Assembly (NCBI RefSeq): GCF_043950625.1
Contig: NZ_CP171007.1
Source: Alkanindiges sp. WGS2144
GTDB taxonomy: Bacteria > Pseudomonadota > Gammaproteobacteria > Pseudomonadales > Moraxellaceae
Direction: 5' to 3' (one strand)
DNA length: 32,000 nucleotides
In this document: piece by piece, positions 1 through 9,996 of the stretch
Layout of the letters: each line of letters opens with the position of its first letter
How positions within the stretch are numbered: position 1 is the first letter of the stretch
The notes under the pieces: model-generated
What the model was told of the DNA's origin: nothing
Database searches by the model: none
What the model saw: only the letters and a program-made list of their open reading frames with translations
Made by a program: the position numbers and the translations under genes

Positions 1-2
1 GC

Positions 3-200
3 CAGTTTAAGGTCATTAGTTTTTATGCCAAAAAAGCCCGTGGCCTGATGAGTCGCTATATCATTAAAAATAAACTGACTCAGGTGGAGCAACTCAAGCA
101 ATTTGACCTGGAAGGTTATGCGTATTCCAGTGAGCACTCTACAGAAGATGAGCTGGTGTTTTTGCGTGCTGAGCAGTGCAATTCATCTTTTACCGGTTGA
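3..200 (+). CDS. yaaA: Peroxide stress protein YaaA (UPF0246 family), C-terminal fragment; 5' end lies off-window
   Basis: Frame 3 is open from the window edge to TGA at 198-200. The translation [41 protein letters not shown]...ELVFLRAEQ closely follows the remembered C-terminus of E. coli YaaA ([15 protein letters not shown]...EGY...ELVF). Confidence 0.8.
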   Translation, partial: QFKVISFYAKKARGLMSRYIIKNKLTQVEQLKQFDLEGYAYSSEHSTEDELVFLRAEQCNSSFTG

Positions 201-311
201 TCTTCTACCCTTTTAAAGTTTGTATTAGACTTCGCACCGGTTTTACCTGCTGCCTAGCATAAGGGGACGAGCAGGTAGCAAGCGGGGTTTAAGTGGTTTT
301 TCAGGGGTATT

Positions 312-1025
312 ATGAATTTTTTACGAGTATGTATTGCCGTACTGGCTGCAGCAGCATTTGAGGTATCTGCCAAGCCTGTCTGGCAGGACTTTAGTATTAG
401 TGGTTTGCATGGCGATCATTATAAGGTTGGCCCGGAAAAACGCGATGTGGTGACGCTGGAGTACGCTACCGGTTTAAGTTGGGGTGATACCTTCTTTTTT
501 ATTGACCATAGCCGCTATAGCCAAAATGATGAAAAAGATAATTATTTTGAATTGGCACCACGTTTGAGTCTGTCTTATCTGTCAGGGCAGGCATTAACTT
601 ATGGCATGGTAAAGGATGTTTATCTGGCGACCACCTGGGAATCTGGTGACAATTTTGACAATTATTTATACGGCTTGGGCCTCGGTTTTAATCTGCCTTA
701 TTTTGATTATGCCAACGTTAATTTTTACCGCGCGCATAATGAAGCCACTAAAGATGACTGGATGACCACTATTACTTATGGCGCTCCATTAAAAGCAGCC
801 GGGCAGGATTTTTTGTTTGATGGCTTTATTGACTGGTCAAGCAGTGCGTCGGATCATGCTGCTGAACTAAACTGGACGTCACAATGGAAGTGGAATGCTG
901 GCAGGTTGATTAGCCCGGATACCCGTTTGTACCTGGGTATTGAGTATGCACACTGGATCAACAAGTTTGGCATTAAGGGCGTGGATGAAAAGAACGTGAG
1001 TGCGCTGGTAAAGTATCATTTTTAG
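312..1025 (+). CDS. Outer-membrane channel of the Tsx/OmpK family (nucleoside-specific channel-like)
   Basis: Signal peptide MNFLRVCIAVLAAAAFEVSA. Alternating beta-strand pattern with family-like blocks (TLEYA, WGDTFFFID, YFELAPRLSL, NYLYGLG, GFIDW, QWKW, LYLGIEYAHWINKFG) and a C-terminal aromatic YHF typical of OMP barrels. Confidence 0.65.
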   Translation: MNFLRVCIAVLAAAAFEVSAKPVWQDFSISGLHGDHYKVGPEKRDVVTLEYATGLSWGDTFFFIDHSRYSQNDEKDNYFELAPRLSLSYLSGQALTYGMVKDVYLATTWESGDNFDNYLYGLGLGFNLPYFDYANVNFYRAHNEATKDDWMTTITYGAPLKAAGQDFLFDGFIDWSSSASDHAAELNWTSQWKWNAGRLISPDTRLYLGIEYAHWINKFGIKGVDEKNVSALVKYHF

Positions 1026-1120
1026 GTAAACCATATCTTCTTAAGGTAAAAAAAGCTCAGGCCTTCTTTTTGGTTGTCGTATTTATAACCCAGAAGCGGA
1101 TACACGCCAGCTTTTAGCCA

Positions 1121-1672
1121 CTAGGGAGTGAAAAGATTTTCAAATAAACCGGCATATATCTGTCCGGCGCGTGTTTGCTTGCGTAGCTGCCAGTTTGCGG
1201 GTAATTCAAGTTGTTCCAATGGGCGGTCGGCTTCAACATAAATTTTGGCAGTAGGGTTAAGCAAGGGCTCAATGAGTGTGGCTAGAGTTGCCCATAAATC
1301 TAAAGTATAAGGCGGATCTAGAAATACCACGTCAAAACCAGTAGATAGCTGTTTTAAAGCCTGTTCGGCTTTGGCGGGCATAACCCTGGCGGTAGTGCAT
1401 TGTAATTGCATTAAATTGCTTTTAATTTGCCCGGCCTGCTTGGCGTCAGCTTCAATAAAAACGCACTGAGCCGCTCCGCGCGATAGGGCTTCAATGCCAA
1501 GAGCGCCAGAACCGGCACATACATCCAGTATATTTTTACCGGCAATATCCCACATCAGCCAGTTAAACAGGGTCTCACGCACTCGATCAGGTGTAGGACG
1601 CAAGCCTGAGGTTGATTCAAACCGGATAAGGCGACGTTTCCATATGCCACCAATAATACGTACCTGATTCAA
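1121..1672 (-). CDS. rsmD: 16S rRNA (guanine966-N2)-methyltransferase RsmD
   Basis: VRIIGGIWKRRLI...GLRPTPDRVRETLFNWL...DVCAGSGALGIEALSRGA...FLDPPY motifs. TTG start lies 3 nt after the mrdA stop, with GAGGAG 6 nt upstream. Confidence 0.85.
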   Translation of the reverse strand: MNQVRIIGGIWKRRLIRFESTSGLRPTPDRVRETLFNWLMWDIAGKNILDVCAGSGALGIEALSRGAAQCVFIEADAKQAGQIKSNLMQLQCTTARVMPAKAEQALKQLSTGFDVVFLDPPYTLDLWATLATLIEPLLNPTAKIYVEADRPLEQLELPANWQLRKQTRAGQIYAGLFENLFTP

Positions 1673-1675
1673 GGT

Positions 1676-3667
1676 TTACTCCTCACCATTAATAGTAGTA
1701 GGGGCACTGGCAGCAGGTGTGCTATTGGCAGTACTGGTGGACTGGCTCACCTGTTCAGAGATTTCCTGTGGTTTCATTCCGGCAGTCATCAGGCCGCCGT
1801 TGGCTATCGACTGGACAGGCTTTAAAGGATTTTTTTCCATCTGGTGCACCGCATAGTCAAACATGGGGCGGGAAAGTAAGGCTGCCGCTCCCCCGTGCTT
1901 ACCATTTTCCAAAATGACTGCGATGGCAATGGTTGGCTTATCCGCAGGCGCAAAACCTACAAACAGGCCATGATCCAGATGCCGGGCATCCAGTGCTGCC
2001 TCATTATAGCGTTTGCCCTGAGCAATACTTTTAACCTGTGCAGTGCCGGTTTTTCCAGCAATTTCATAGCCACGCAAGCCAATTTTCAGGCGGCCACCCG
2101 TACCGGCGCGAATGACATTAACCATTGATTCGCGCATATTAATCCAGTCCTGTTCAGTGCCGTTAAATGTGACCTTGCCATCTGGCGCGTTATGAACTGG
2201 ATAAGATTTAGGCCCTCTGCTTTCACGTAGCACATGCGGTGTGACATGGTGACCATGATTGGCGGTAATGGCTGTTGCCATTGCTAACTGGATGGGCGTT
2301 GCAGTAAATGCACCCTGACCAATACTGACCGAAATAGTTTCACCGGGTAGCCATTTGCTTTTGCGTTTTTCCATTTTCCATTTGGGAGAAGGATATAATC
2401 CAGAACTTTCATTGGGTAAATCGATACCAGTTCTGGAACCAAAGCCAAACTGGGTCATCCAGTCATGCATGTTTTCAATACCCATACGGTAGGCCAGTAC
2501 GTAAAAAAATGTATCACACGACCAGGTAATGGCTTTATCCATGTTGACCGTACCATGGCCGGACTTTTTCCAGTCACGAAAACGGTGGGAGTCGCCCGGT
2601 AGATGAAAATAACCCGGATCATAAATCTGCGAACTCCAGTTGATTAACCCATAATGAATACCACCAAGACCCTCCATGGGCTTAATGGTTGAGCCGGGCG
2701 GATAGACGCCTTGCAGGGCGCGGTTGTATAAGGGCTGATCTGGATTGTCACGCAGCTCGCTATAGTTCTTATGACTAATACCGGTCACAAACAAATTAGG
2801 ATTAAAACTGGGGTTACTCACAAAAGCCAGAATTTCACCAGTACGCGGATCCATGGCAACAATCGCACCGCGGCGCCCTGATAGCTGTTCATGTGCAATG
2901 GTTTGCAGGCCATAATCCAGTGATAAATACAGATCATTGCCACGAATGGCCGGAGTTTGTCCTAAATGGCGCAGTACCTGACCATGTGCGTCTGCTTCAA
3001 TATATTGATAGCCTGGCTTACCATGCAGTAGGTCTTCATAATATTTTTCAATACCAATCTTGCCGATCAAATCTGTGCCGGCATAGGCCTCTTTGTCCAG
3101 CTCACCCAGCTCTTTTTCATTAATACGTCCCACATAGCCAATCACATGTGCAAATAGCTCTCCTTGTGGGTAAAAGCGGGTCATCTTGGTATCAATGCTG
3201 ACGCCTGGAAAACTGTATTTTAGCTCGCTAAAACGGGCGATTTGCTGCTCGTTCAGATTCAGTTTAATAGCGAGAGATTCAGTTTTACGGGTAGTTTTGG
3301 CACGATGCCTGAATTTAACCAGATCATCCTCAGTTAATTCCAGCACAGGAGTTAGTCGCTTTAGCGTATCGTCCAGATCGTCAATGTCAGCACGGTTAAC
3401 AACTGCAGTAAATACTGGATAGTTGTCTGCCAGCAAAATGCCATTACGGTCATAAATATAGCCACGCGCGGGCGGTAAAGCCTGTAGGCGTATACGGTTT
3501 TTGTCAGAAGCACTATGGTACTGTCCATACTGGAAAACCTGTAAATAGGTATAGCGTGAGAGCAGTACAACAAAACCCAACACGATCAGCGCAGCAGCAA
3601 ACCAGATCCGTTGGCGGAAAATTTGCTGATCCTGATGAGGATTTTTTAAGGGAAAGGGACGCTTCAT
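1676..3667 (-). CDS. mrdA: Peptidoglycan D,D-transpeptidase MrdA (penicillin-binding protein 2)
   Basis: N-terminal membrane anchor, PBP dimerisation domain and transpeptidase motifs (STIKP, SCDTFFY, KTGTAQ). Start set at ATG 3667 (MKRPFPLKN...) rather than the upstream GTG at 3682; neither has a strong SD, so the start is uncertain by 5 codons. Confidence 0.9.
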   Translation of the reverse strand: MKRPFPLKNPHQDQQIFRQRIWFAAALIVLGFVVLLSRYTYLQVFQYGQYHSASDKNRIRLQALPPARGYIYDRNGILLADNYPVFTAVVNRADIDDLDDTLKRLTPVLELTEDDLVKFRHRAKTTRKTESLAIKLNLNEQQIARFSELKYSFPGVSIDTKMTRFYPQGELFAHVIGYVGRINEKELGELDKEAYAGTDLIGKIGIEKYYEDLLHGKPGYQYIEADAHGQVLRHLGQTPAIRGNDLYLSLDYGLQTIAHEQLSGRRGAIVAMDPRTGEILAFVSNPSFNPNLFVTGISHKNYSELRDNPDQPLYNRALQGVYPPGSTIKPMEGLGGIHYGLINWSSQIYDPGYFHLPGDSHRFRDWKKSGHGTVNMDKAITWSCDTFFYVLAYRMGIENMHDWMTQFGFGSRTGIDLPNESSGLYPSPKWKMEKRKSKWLPGETISVSIGQGAFTATPIQLAMATAITANHGHHVTPHVLRESRGPKSYPVHNAPDGKVTFNGTEQDWINMRESMVNVIRAGTGGRLKIGLRGYEIAGKTGTAQVKSIAQGKRYNEAALDARHLDHGLFVGFAPADKPTIAIAVILENGKHGGAAALLSRPMFDYAVHQMEKNPLKPVQSIANGGLMTAGMKPQEISEQVSQSTSTANSTPAASAPTTINGEE

Positions 3668-3921
3668 AGAGACAGGGAGCACAGAATAGGCGCAATTTTA
3701 GCTATAGATGAGTGACTTCTCAATCTTTGCGGTGTAAAAAAGCCTATTGTAGCAGCAGAGAGGGCTTTTCTCGTCGGTTTAGTCAAAAAACAGGCGACAG
3801 ACGTTCGACTTTTGTCTAAACTTCGCGCCGCTTATACAAAAACATCTATAGGCAACCAGTTGGCACCGTAAGCTGGGGTCTTACGGAAAAAGGTTTAACC
3901 CGACGTTGGAAAGGGTGAGCT

Positions 3922-5433
3922 GTGTTTACAACTAAAGAAAGTTTATTAATTGCCGCAGTGGTCTTGTACATTCTGGCCAATATTGTGGTGGGAATTTGGG
4001 CAGCAAGACGAGTCAAAAACAGTGCGGACTACGTGGTGGCTGGTCACCGTTTACCATTATATATGGTCATTGCCACGGTATTTGCCACCTGGTTTGGTTC
4101 GGAAACGCTACTGGGTACTTCGTCTACCTTTGTCAAGGAAGGTCTGGGCGGGATCGTGGCTGATCCGTTTGGTGCTGCACTATGTCTTATTCTGGTTGGT
4201 CTGTTTTTTGCCAAACCTTTATATCGCTTAAAACTGTTAACCATTGGTGATTATTACAAGCTGCGTTATGGGCGTGACATTGAGATAGCCACTTCAGTGG
4301 TCATTATCATTTCTTATCTGGGCTGGGTTGCCGCGCAGTTTACCGCGCTTGGGGTGGTATTTAACTCTATTTCTCACGGACTGGTGAGTTTAAATACAGG
4401 CATATATATTGGTGCGGCCATTGTGCTGGTGTATACCATTTTTGGTGGCATGTGGTCGGTTGCCCTAACAGACCTCATCCAGATGGCGACCATTGCCATT
4501 GGTCTGGTCATTATTACCTGGGTGGTTACTGGCAAGATTGATGGTGGTGCCCCCGTGGTATTAGAGCAGGCTGCCGCCGCAGGAAAGTTAAACTTTTTTC
4601 CAGAGCTATCATGGGCTGGCTGGCTGGGCTTTTTTGGGGCATTGTTTACCCTGGGCTTTGGCTCTATCCCGCAGCAGGATGTATATCAGCGCGTCATGTC
4701 AGCCAATAGTGAAGTCAATGCCAAGCGTGGCTCGGTGATTGGTGGCGTGCTGTATCTGCTGATTGCCATGATGCCGATTTATCTAGCCTATACCGCATTT
4801 ATGATTGAACCCACTGCTGTTAAAGATGCCTTAAGTGATGGCGGCGATCCGCAACTGGTATTGCCCACGCTGGTGATGAATCATACGCCATTTATTGTAC
4901 AAATCATTTTCTTTGGTGCTGTGTTATCGGCCATTATGAGTACGGCCTCAGCTACCTTGCTGGCACCGTCGAGTATGATCAGCGAAAACATTTTGTCTCG
5001 TTTTTTCAAGGGACGTGATGAAAAATACAAGCTGAACTTTATTCGTGGCTCTGTCGTGTTGTTTGCCTTTTGTGTATTGCTGTATTCCTTAAATTCCAGC
5101 CAGTCTATTTTCCAGATGGTGGAAGAGGCTTATAAAGTGGTATTGGTGGGTGCTTTTGTTCCTCTGGTATTTGGCTTGTACTGGAAGCGGGCAAGTCAAA
5201 ACGGCGCACGACTGGCTATTGTGGCCGGGGTTGTGAGCTGGCTGGTTTTTGAATATCTGGAGAGTGAGTTCTGGACCATGATTGGTTTGCCGGATGCTAT
5301 CGGCGTCTGCCCTCCGCAACTGGCAGGTTTGATATTTGCAACTTTGGGCATGCTGATAGGCAGTTTTATCTGGCCAAACCAGAAACCTTTACCTCAGCCA
5401 CCAGTAGATCAAAGTGCAAGTACCTTGCAATAA
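3922..5433 (+). CDS. Sodium:solute symporter (SSF) family transporter, substrate unknown
   Basis: About 13 predicted hydrophobic helices. N-terminal SSF signature region (ADYVVAGHRLPLYMVIATVFATWFGSETLLG). GTG start preceded by AGGGTGAG. Confidence 0.8.
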   Translation: MFTTKESLLIAAVVLYILANIVVGIWAARRVKNSADYVVAGHRLPLYMVIATVFATWFGSETLLGTSSTFVKEGLGGIVADPFGAALCLILVGLFFAKPLYRLKLLTIGDYYKLRYGRDIEIATSVVIIISYLGWVAAQFTALGVVFNSISHGLVSLNTGIYIGAAIVLVYTIFGGMWSVALTDLIQMATIAIGLVIITWVVTGKIDGGAPVVLEQAAAAGKLNFFPELSWAGWLGFFGALFTLGFGSIPQQDVYQRVMSANSEVNAKRGSVIGGVLYLLIAMMPIYLAYTAFMIEPTAVKDALSDGGDPQLVLPTLVMNHTPFIVQIIFFGAVLSAIMSTASATLLAPSSMISENILSRFFKGRDEKYKLNFIRGSVVLFAFCVLLYSLNSSQSIFQMVEEAYKVVLVGAFVPLVFGLYWKRASQNGARLAIVAGVVSWLVFEYLESEFWTMIGLPDAIGVCPPQLAGLIFATLGMLIGSFIWPNQKPLPQPPVDQSASTLQ

Positions 5434-5557
5434 TTTAAGGGTTTTTGCTGAGAAATGTAGTGGTCAGGCAGGCTTTTTCTGCTAAAGTCTGCCTTGGCTT
5501 TACAAACAACGCCATAGATGGTGTCGCGTGACGAAAAAACCAGCAGGAGTGGTTAAC

Positions 5558-6085
5558 ATGAATAAACAGTGTATGGTAGCGCTGTTCACAGTGGGGTTAC
5601 TGGCCAGCGCAACGGCACAGGCTGCCATTAAAGACTGGCTGCCAGAACCGGCAACAGATGTAACAGGCTTAAAAACAATTTATGCGGGTGCCGGGGTAAC
5701 TGGTCAGCTATTTCACTTGAATGCCGAAGTGCCTACCGGTTATGGCAACGTATATGCCAAAGTGGGCGGTTTTCTGGATGGGCCAAAAGAAGCAGCTGGG
5801 CAGGTTGGTTTTCGTTATCCGTATTACCTGACCGGTACAGATAAAAATGGCTATTATTTTGGTGGATTCATTGGGCACATTGAAACCCGTTCACTCGATG
5901 ACAAAAAATACAATCGTCTGGGCGCCGGGGGGGAGCTGTCTTACGTATGGATGAATAAGAGTCGTATCAGTGCAGCAAGCGTAGGGATTGCAGTCGGAGA
6001 GGAAAAAACTGGTCGCTATGGTACCAAAGAACGGGCCAAGCCCATGGTGCTGGCAAGTTACAGCTTTAATTTTGGTATTTATTAA
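5558..6085 (+). CDS. Secreted protein, putative small outer-membrane beta-barrel protein
   Basis: Start moved to ATG 5558 (GGAG 8 nt upstream). Signal peptide MNKQCMVALFTVGLLASATAQA/A. Gly/Tyr-rich alternating strands and terminal FNFGIY. No family recognised with certainty. Confidence 0.5.
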   Translation: MNKQCMVALFTVGLLASATAQAAIKDWLPEPATDVTGLKTIYAGAGVTGQLFHLNAEVPTGYGNVYAKVGGFLDGPKEAAGQVGFRYPYYLTGTDKNGYYFGGFIGHIETRSLDDKKYNRLGAGGELSYVWMNKSRISAASVGIAVGEEKTGRYGTKERAKPMVLASYSFNFGIY

Positions 6086-6106
6086 GCCTGAGTTTCCAAA
6101 GGTTAA

Positions 6107-6135
6107 GGCAAGTGGTATTTAGCACACCATTTGCC
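6107..6135 (+). terminator. Hairpin downstream of the 5558-6085 gene (possible weak terminator)
   Basis: GGCAAGTGGT (6107-6116) pairs with ACCATTTGCC (6126-6135) with one mismatch, 9-nt loop. Only a broken T-rich tract (GGATTATATTATTTA) follows, so function is doubtful. Confidence 0.3.
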
Positions 6136-6171
6136 GGATTATATTATTTATGCGTCGTTTGAGAGTGTTGC

Positions 6172-7488
6172 ATGCTGGAGTTTATTAGTCATTATTGGCA
6201 AATCTTTGCAAATCGCCCCGATTTTTGGGCAATTTTAAGTATTGTGCCAGTAACGGCCTTTGTGACTTGGGCGCACGTCTGGATGGCGCTAAAGATGGTT
6301 TTCTATCCAATTAACTTCTGGGGAGTCCGTATTGCCGGGCTACCCATTGGCTGGCAGGGCATCGTACCACGCAAGGCTGGCCGTATTTCAGGAATCATCA
6401 CCGACAATACACTATCAAAGCTGGGTTCCCTAAAAGAGTTTCTTGAGGCCATGGAGCCTGATGAAATGGCACGCATTATTGGGGAGCAGGTTGGCTATGA
6501 CCTAGAGCACCTGATTGATGAGATCATGCTGGAGCGTAACCCGGTATTGTGGGAGAACCTGCCATTTTCCATTAAGCGCCGTATCTATGCGCAGGCTCAA
6601 AAACAAATGCCGATGGTTCTGCGTGATCTGGTCAATGAGTTGACCTTTAATGTGGAAAATCTGGTAGATATGCGTGAAATGGTGGTGCGCCAGATGGAAG
6701 GCGACCGTCGACTGATGGTCCGCATGTTCTTAAAGGTCGGTCAGAAGGAAATCAATTTCATTTGGCATATCAGTGCCCTGATCGGAATGTTCTTTGGTGT
6801 GTTTCAGATGCTGGTCTGGTTTTTTGTGCCATGGCACTGGACAGTACCATTCTGGGCGGCAATTTGGGGCTTTTTGACTAACTGGATTGCAATCTGGATG
6901 GTATTTAATCCGGTTGAGCCGCACCATGTTCGCTATCTCAAACTGTTTAGGCGTACCCACACTAAAATTCCTTTTATTGTGCCTGTAATGCCGCACATTG
7001 CCAGCTACAACTGGCAGGGCGCTTTTATGAAGCGACAGGATGAAGTGTCAGATGTGTTTGCGGCGGTAGTTACCCAAGATCTAATTACGCTCAAAAGCAT
7101 TATGACCGAAATGATGTACGGCTCGCGCAAAGATAAAACCCGCCGTATCTTGAAGCGTCATATTAATAAGATCATGGAAACTCCGGTAGTACGTACCAGT
7201 TTACAGGTTAGTATTGGCATGAAAGAATATGCCAGGCTTAAGACTGACCTGATTGATCGTTCTATTGCAATCACCATGGTGCCTATTTCTGATCCAGTGC
7301 TTAATCAAAGCCGCGCCAAAAAAATCTATAATATGTTTCGGGAGCGTATTCGTGCGCTGTCCTCCAAGGAATTCCAGAATCTACTTCGACCAGCTTTTCA
7401 GGAAGATGAGTGGATTTTAATTGTACTTGGTGGGGTAACCGGTTTTATTGCGGGACTTATTCATCTATTTGTTGCATTTTTACGCTAA
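6172..7488 (+). CDS. DUF445 family membrane protein
   Basis: N- and C-terminal TM segments flank a long helical region. The GWQGIVPRKAGRIS block is typical of DUF445 as I remember it. Confidence 0.7.
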   Translation: MLEFISHYWQIFANRPDFWAILSIVPVTAFVTWAHVWMALKMVFYPINFWGVRIAGLPIGWQGIVPRKAGRISGIITDNTLSKLGSLKEFLEAMEPDEMARIIGEQVGYDLEHLIDEIMLERNPVLWENLPFSIKRRIYAQAQKQMPMVLRDLVNELTFNVENLVDMREMVVRQMEGDRRLMVRMFLKVGQKEINFIWHISALIGMFFGVFQMLVWFFVPWHWTVPFWAAIWGFLTNWIAIWMVFNPVEPHHVRYLKLFRRTHTKIPFIVPVMPHIASYNWQGAFMKRQDEVSDVFAAVVTQDLITLKSIMTEMMYGSRKDKTRRILKRHINKIMETPVVRTSLQVSIGMKEYARLKTDLIDRSIAITMVPISDPVLNQSRAKKIYNMFRERIRALSSKEFQNLLRPAFQEDEWILIVLGGVTGFIAGLIHLFVAFLR

Positions 7489-7537
7489 TGCTTTTGGCGA
7501 TAAAAGTACAAAAAAACTTGAGTCCCGGCTTTGGTGA

Positions 7538-8245
<708 letters not shown>

Positions 8246-8266
8246 GGCATACTGCTATTGACTGGT

Positions 8267-8297
8267 AAAAAAGATGGGGCGCTAAGCCCCCTTTTTT
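8267..8297. terminator. Bidirectional rho-independent terminator between adk and nth
   Basis: A-run 8267-8272, stem GGGGC (8276-8280) / GCCCC (8286-8290), 5-nt loop, T-run 8292-8297. The nth stop codon (8282-8284) lies in the loop. Confidence 0.8.
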
Positions 8298-8956
8298 ATC
8301 TGAGCGATAGATTCTGCAGCGCCAAAATCATATTTGTCTGGCCACTCACACAAATCTGCGACAATACATCTGGAACACACTGGCACCCGCGCCTTGCAGG
8401 TATAGCGGCCATGCAGCAGTATCCAGTGATGCGCATTACGCAAATAAGGTTCAGGCACAACCTGCAATAATTTTTTCTCTACGCCGTCTACAGTCTTGGC
8501 GGGTGCAAGGCCAGTGCGATTACTCACCCGGAAAATGTGGGTGTCGACTGCCATGGTAGGATGACCAAATGCGGTATTAAGCACTACATTGGCGGTTTTT
8601 CTGCCTACACCTGCCAGTGCTTCCAGATCCTTACGGTTATCAGGCACCTGTCCATTGTGCAGTTCAATCAGCATTTGGCAGGTTTTGATAATGTTTGCTG
8701 CTTTGGCCTGATAAAAATTGATGGTACGGATATACTCCTTGAGCTGCTCAAGGCCCAAGTCCAGAATAGCCTGCGGGGTATTGGCTACGGCAAATAGCTT
8801 GGCAGTGGCTTTATTGACGCCTACATCAGTCATTTGTGCGGACAGGATGACGGCAATTAATAGCTCAAAGGGAGAATGATAAACCAGTTCAGTGGTAGGG
8901 TCAGGACGCTGCGTTTGCAAGCGGGCAAAGAATTCTTCAACATGTTCAGGTTTCAT
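8282..8956 (-). CDS. nth: Endonuclease III (DNA glycosylase/AP lyase)
   Basis: HhH-GPD motif (LEALAGVGRKTANVVLNTAFG...AVDTHIFRV) and the C-terminal 4Fe-4S cluster loop C-x6-C-x2-C-x5-C (CKARVPVCSRCIVADLC). Confidence 0.95.
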   Translation of the reverse strand: MKPEHVEEFFARLQTQRPDPTTELVYHSPFELLIAVILSAQMTDVGVNKATAKLFAVANTPQAILDLGLEQLKEYIRTINFYQAKAANIIKTCQMLIELHNGQVPDNRKDLEALAGVGRKTANVVLNTAFGHPTMAVDTHIFRVSNRTGLAPAKTVDGVEKKLLQVVPEPYLRNAHHWILLHGRYTCKARVPVCSRCIVADLCEWPDKYDFGAAESIAQIKKGA

Positions 8957-9747
8957 TATTCATCCATGCTGCGCTGTAAATCGATTCTTAATAATTCTAA
9001 CTGTTGTTGTTTAGCCAAATCATCAGGTTTAAGGTTAAGCTGACGTTCCAGCTTTTTAATCTGACTACGTAAAGAGGCCAGTTTAATGGTCTGGCTGGCT
9101 GAGTGAGCAACTTTAGGTTGGGTAGCTGCTGGTTTAATCAGGCTGGCAATATTTACGCCGGTGATCGCGGCTGCTTGTTCAGTACTAATGACAGTTGATA
9201 TTACTGGCTTGCGTGCTTTTTTGGTGAGCAGGCGTTGCTGTTCACGCAGCACGTGTGCCTGATAGCGCTTGCGTAAATTATCTTGTTCAGCAATCCGCTC
9301 ATTTTCAGTAGGTAATGGGTCAGGGTCGGGCACCAGGTCAATACAATCTACTGGACAGGGCGGAATACACAATTCGCAGCCGGTACACAGTTCACTAAAA
9401 ACACTATGCATGAGTTTGCCGCTGCCAACAATCGCATCTACCGGGCAGGCACTAATGCACTTGGTACAGCCAATGCACTCATCTTCCCGGATAATGGCCT
9501 TCATACGCTGCGGGCGACCATCAGTCATGATAGGCCACTGGCTGGGCTGGGAGGGTAGAGGGTCTCGACCCAGAATTGCTGCCAGCTGGTTAGCCACAGG
9601 CTGCCCACCCGGTACACAGCCATCTGCACTGGCACCGTTGGCGACAGCGGTGGCATATGGCAGGCAACCAGCAGGATGCCCACACAAACCGCACTGGGTT
9701 TGCGGCAGGGCAGCATCAATTAACTGGATAAGTTCAGCGCTGGACAT
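8956..9747 (-). CDS. RnfB/RsxB-like iron-sulfur ferredoxin, no membrane anchor, with a charged coiled-coil-like C-terminal tail
   Basis: N-terminal [19 protein letters not shown] cluster region and two 4Fe-4S ferredoxin motifs ([24 protein letters not shown]), as in E. coli RsxB. The stop TAA overlaps the nth ATG (TAATG). Confidence 0.8.
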   Translation of the reverse strand: MSSAELIQLIDAALPQTQCGLCGHPAGCLPYATAVANGASADGCVPGGQPVANQLAAILGRDPLPSQPSQWPIMTDGRPQRMKAIIREDECIGCTKCISACPVDAIVGSGKLMHSVFSELCTGCELCIPPCPVDCIDLVPDPDPLPTENERIAEQDNLRKRYQAHVLREQQRLLTKKARKPVISTVISTEQAAAITGVNIASLIKPAATQPKVAHSASQTIKLASLRSQIKKLERQLNLKPDDLAKQQQLELLRIDLQRSMDE

Positions 9748-9996
9748 GGACAGTAAGAAACAAATACATAGCAGGATAAATGATGCGAGAAACCAGCCTG
9801 AAGGTCAAATAAAAGTTGAATTTAGCCAGATTTTGACAAAAATATTTCCTGTGATATCAATTTTTACTCAAGTAAATGCGCTAAAAAGATAACCAATCGG
9901 TGAAAATAGTGCATAATTAGCACCATTTTGGATAGGTACCGGTTTACTAAAAGCCTTGAACTTAACTTTATCTCGCTCAAATGGAGACTACCAATT

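Noticed and set aside
3683-3921. 240-bp leader between mrdA and the sodium:solute symporter, containing a 7-bp hairpin (CCGTAAG 3866-3872 / CTTACGG 3880-3886); considered as a riboswitch.
   Set aside because: I cannot match it to any riboswitch class from memory, and the hairpin is followed by an A-run rather than a U-run. The interval must also hold two divergent promoters, which is enough to explain its length.
9269-9892. 207-aa ORF on the plus strand, and similar long shadow ORFs in the track (for example 11642-12127, 12533-12931, 13899-14324, 15373-15693, 17114-17437, 25877-26221, 27522-27815).
   Set aside because: Each lies antisense to, or out of frame within, a gene with unmistakable family motifs. 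The translations are Ser/Arg/Cys/Pro-rich low-information sequence with no SD and no recognisable domain. They are typical shadow ORFs of moderately GC-rich coding DNA.
9909-9923. Palindrome-like GTGCATAATTAGCAC upstream of gdhA, considered as an NtrC/Nac-type nitrogen-regulator site.
   Set aside because: Only the 4-bp outer arms are truly symmetric, and it does not fit the TGCACC-N5-GGTGCA NtrC consensus. It could easily arise by chance in AT-rich DNA.
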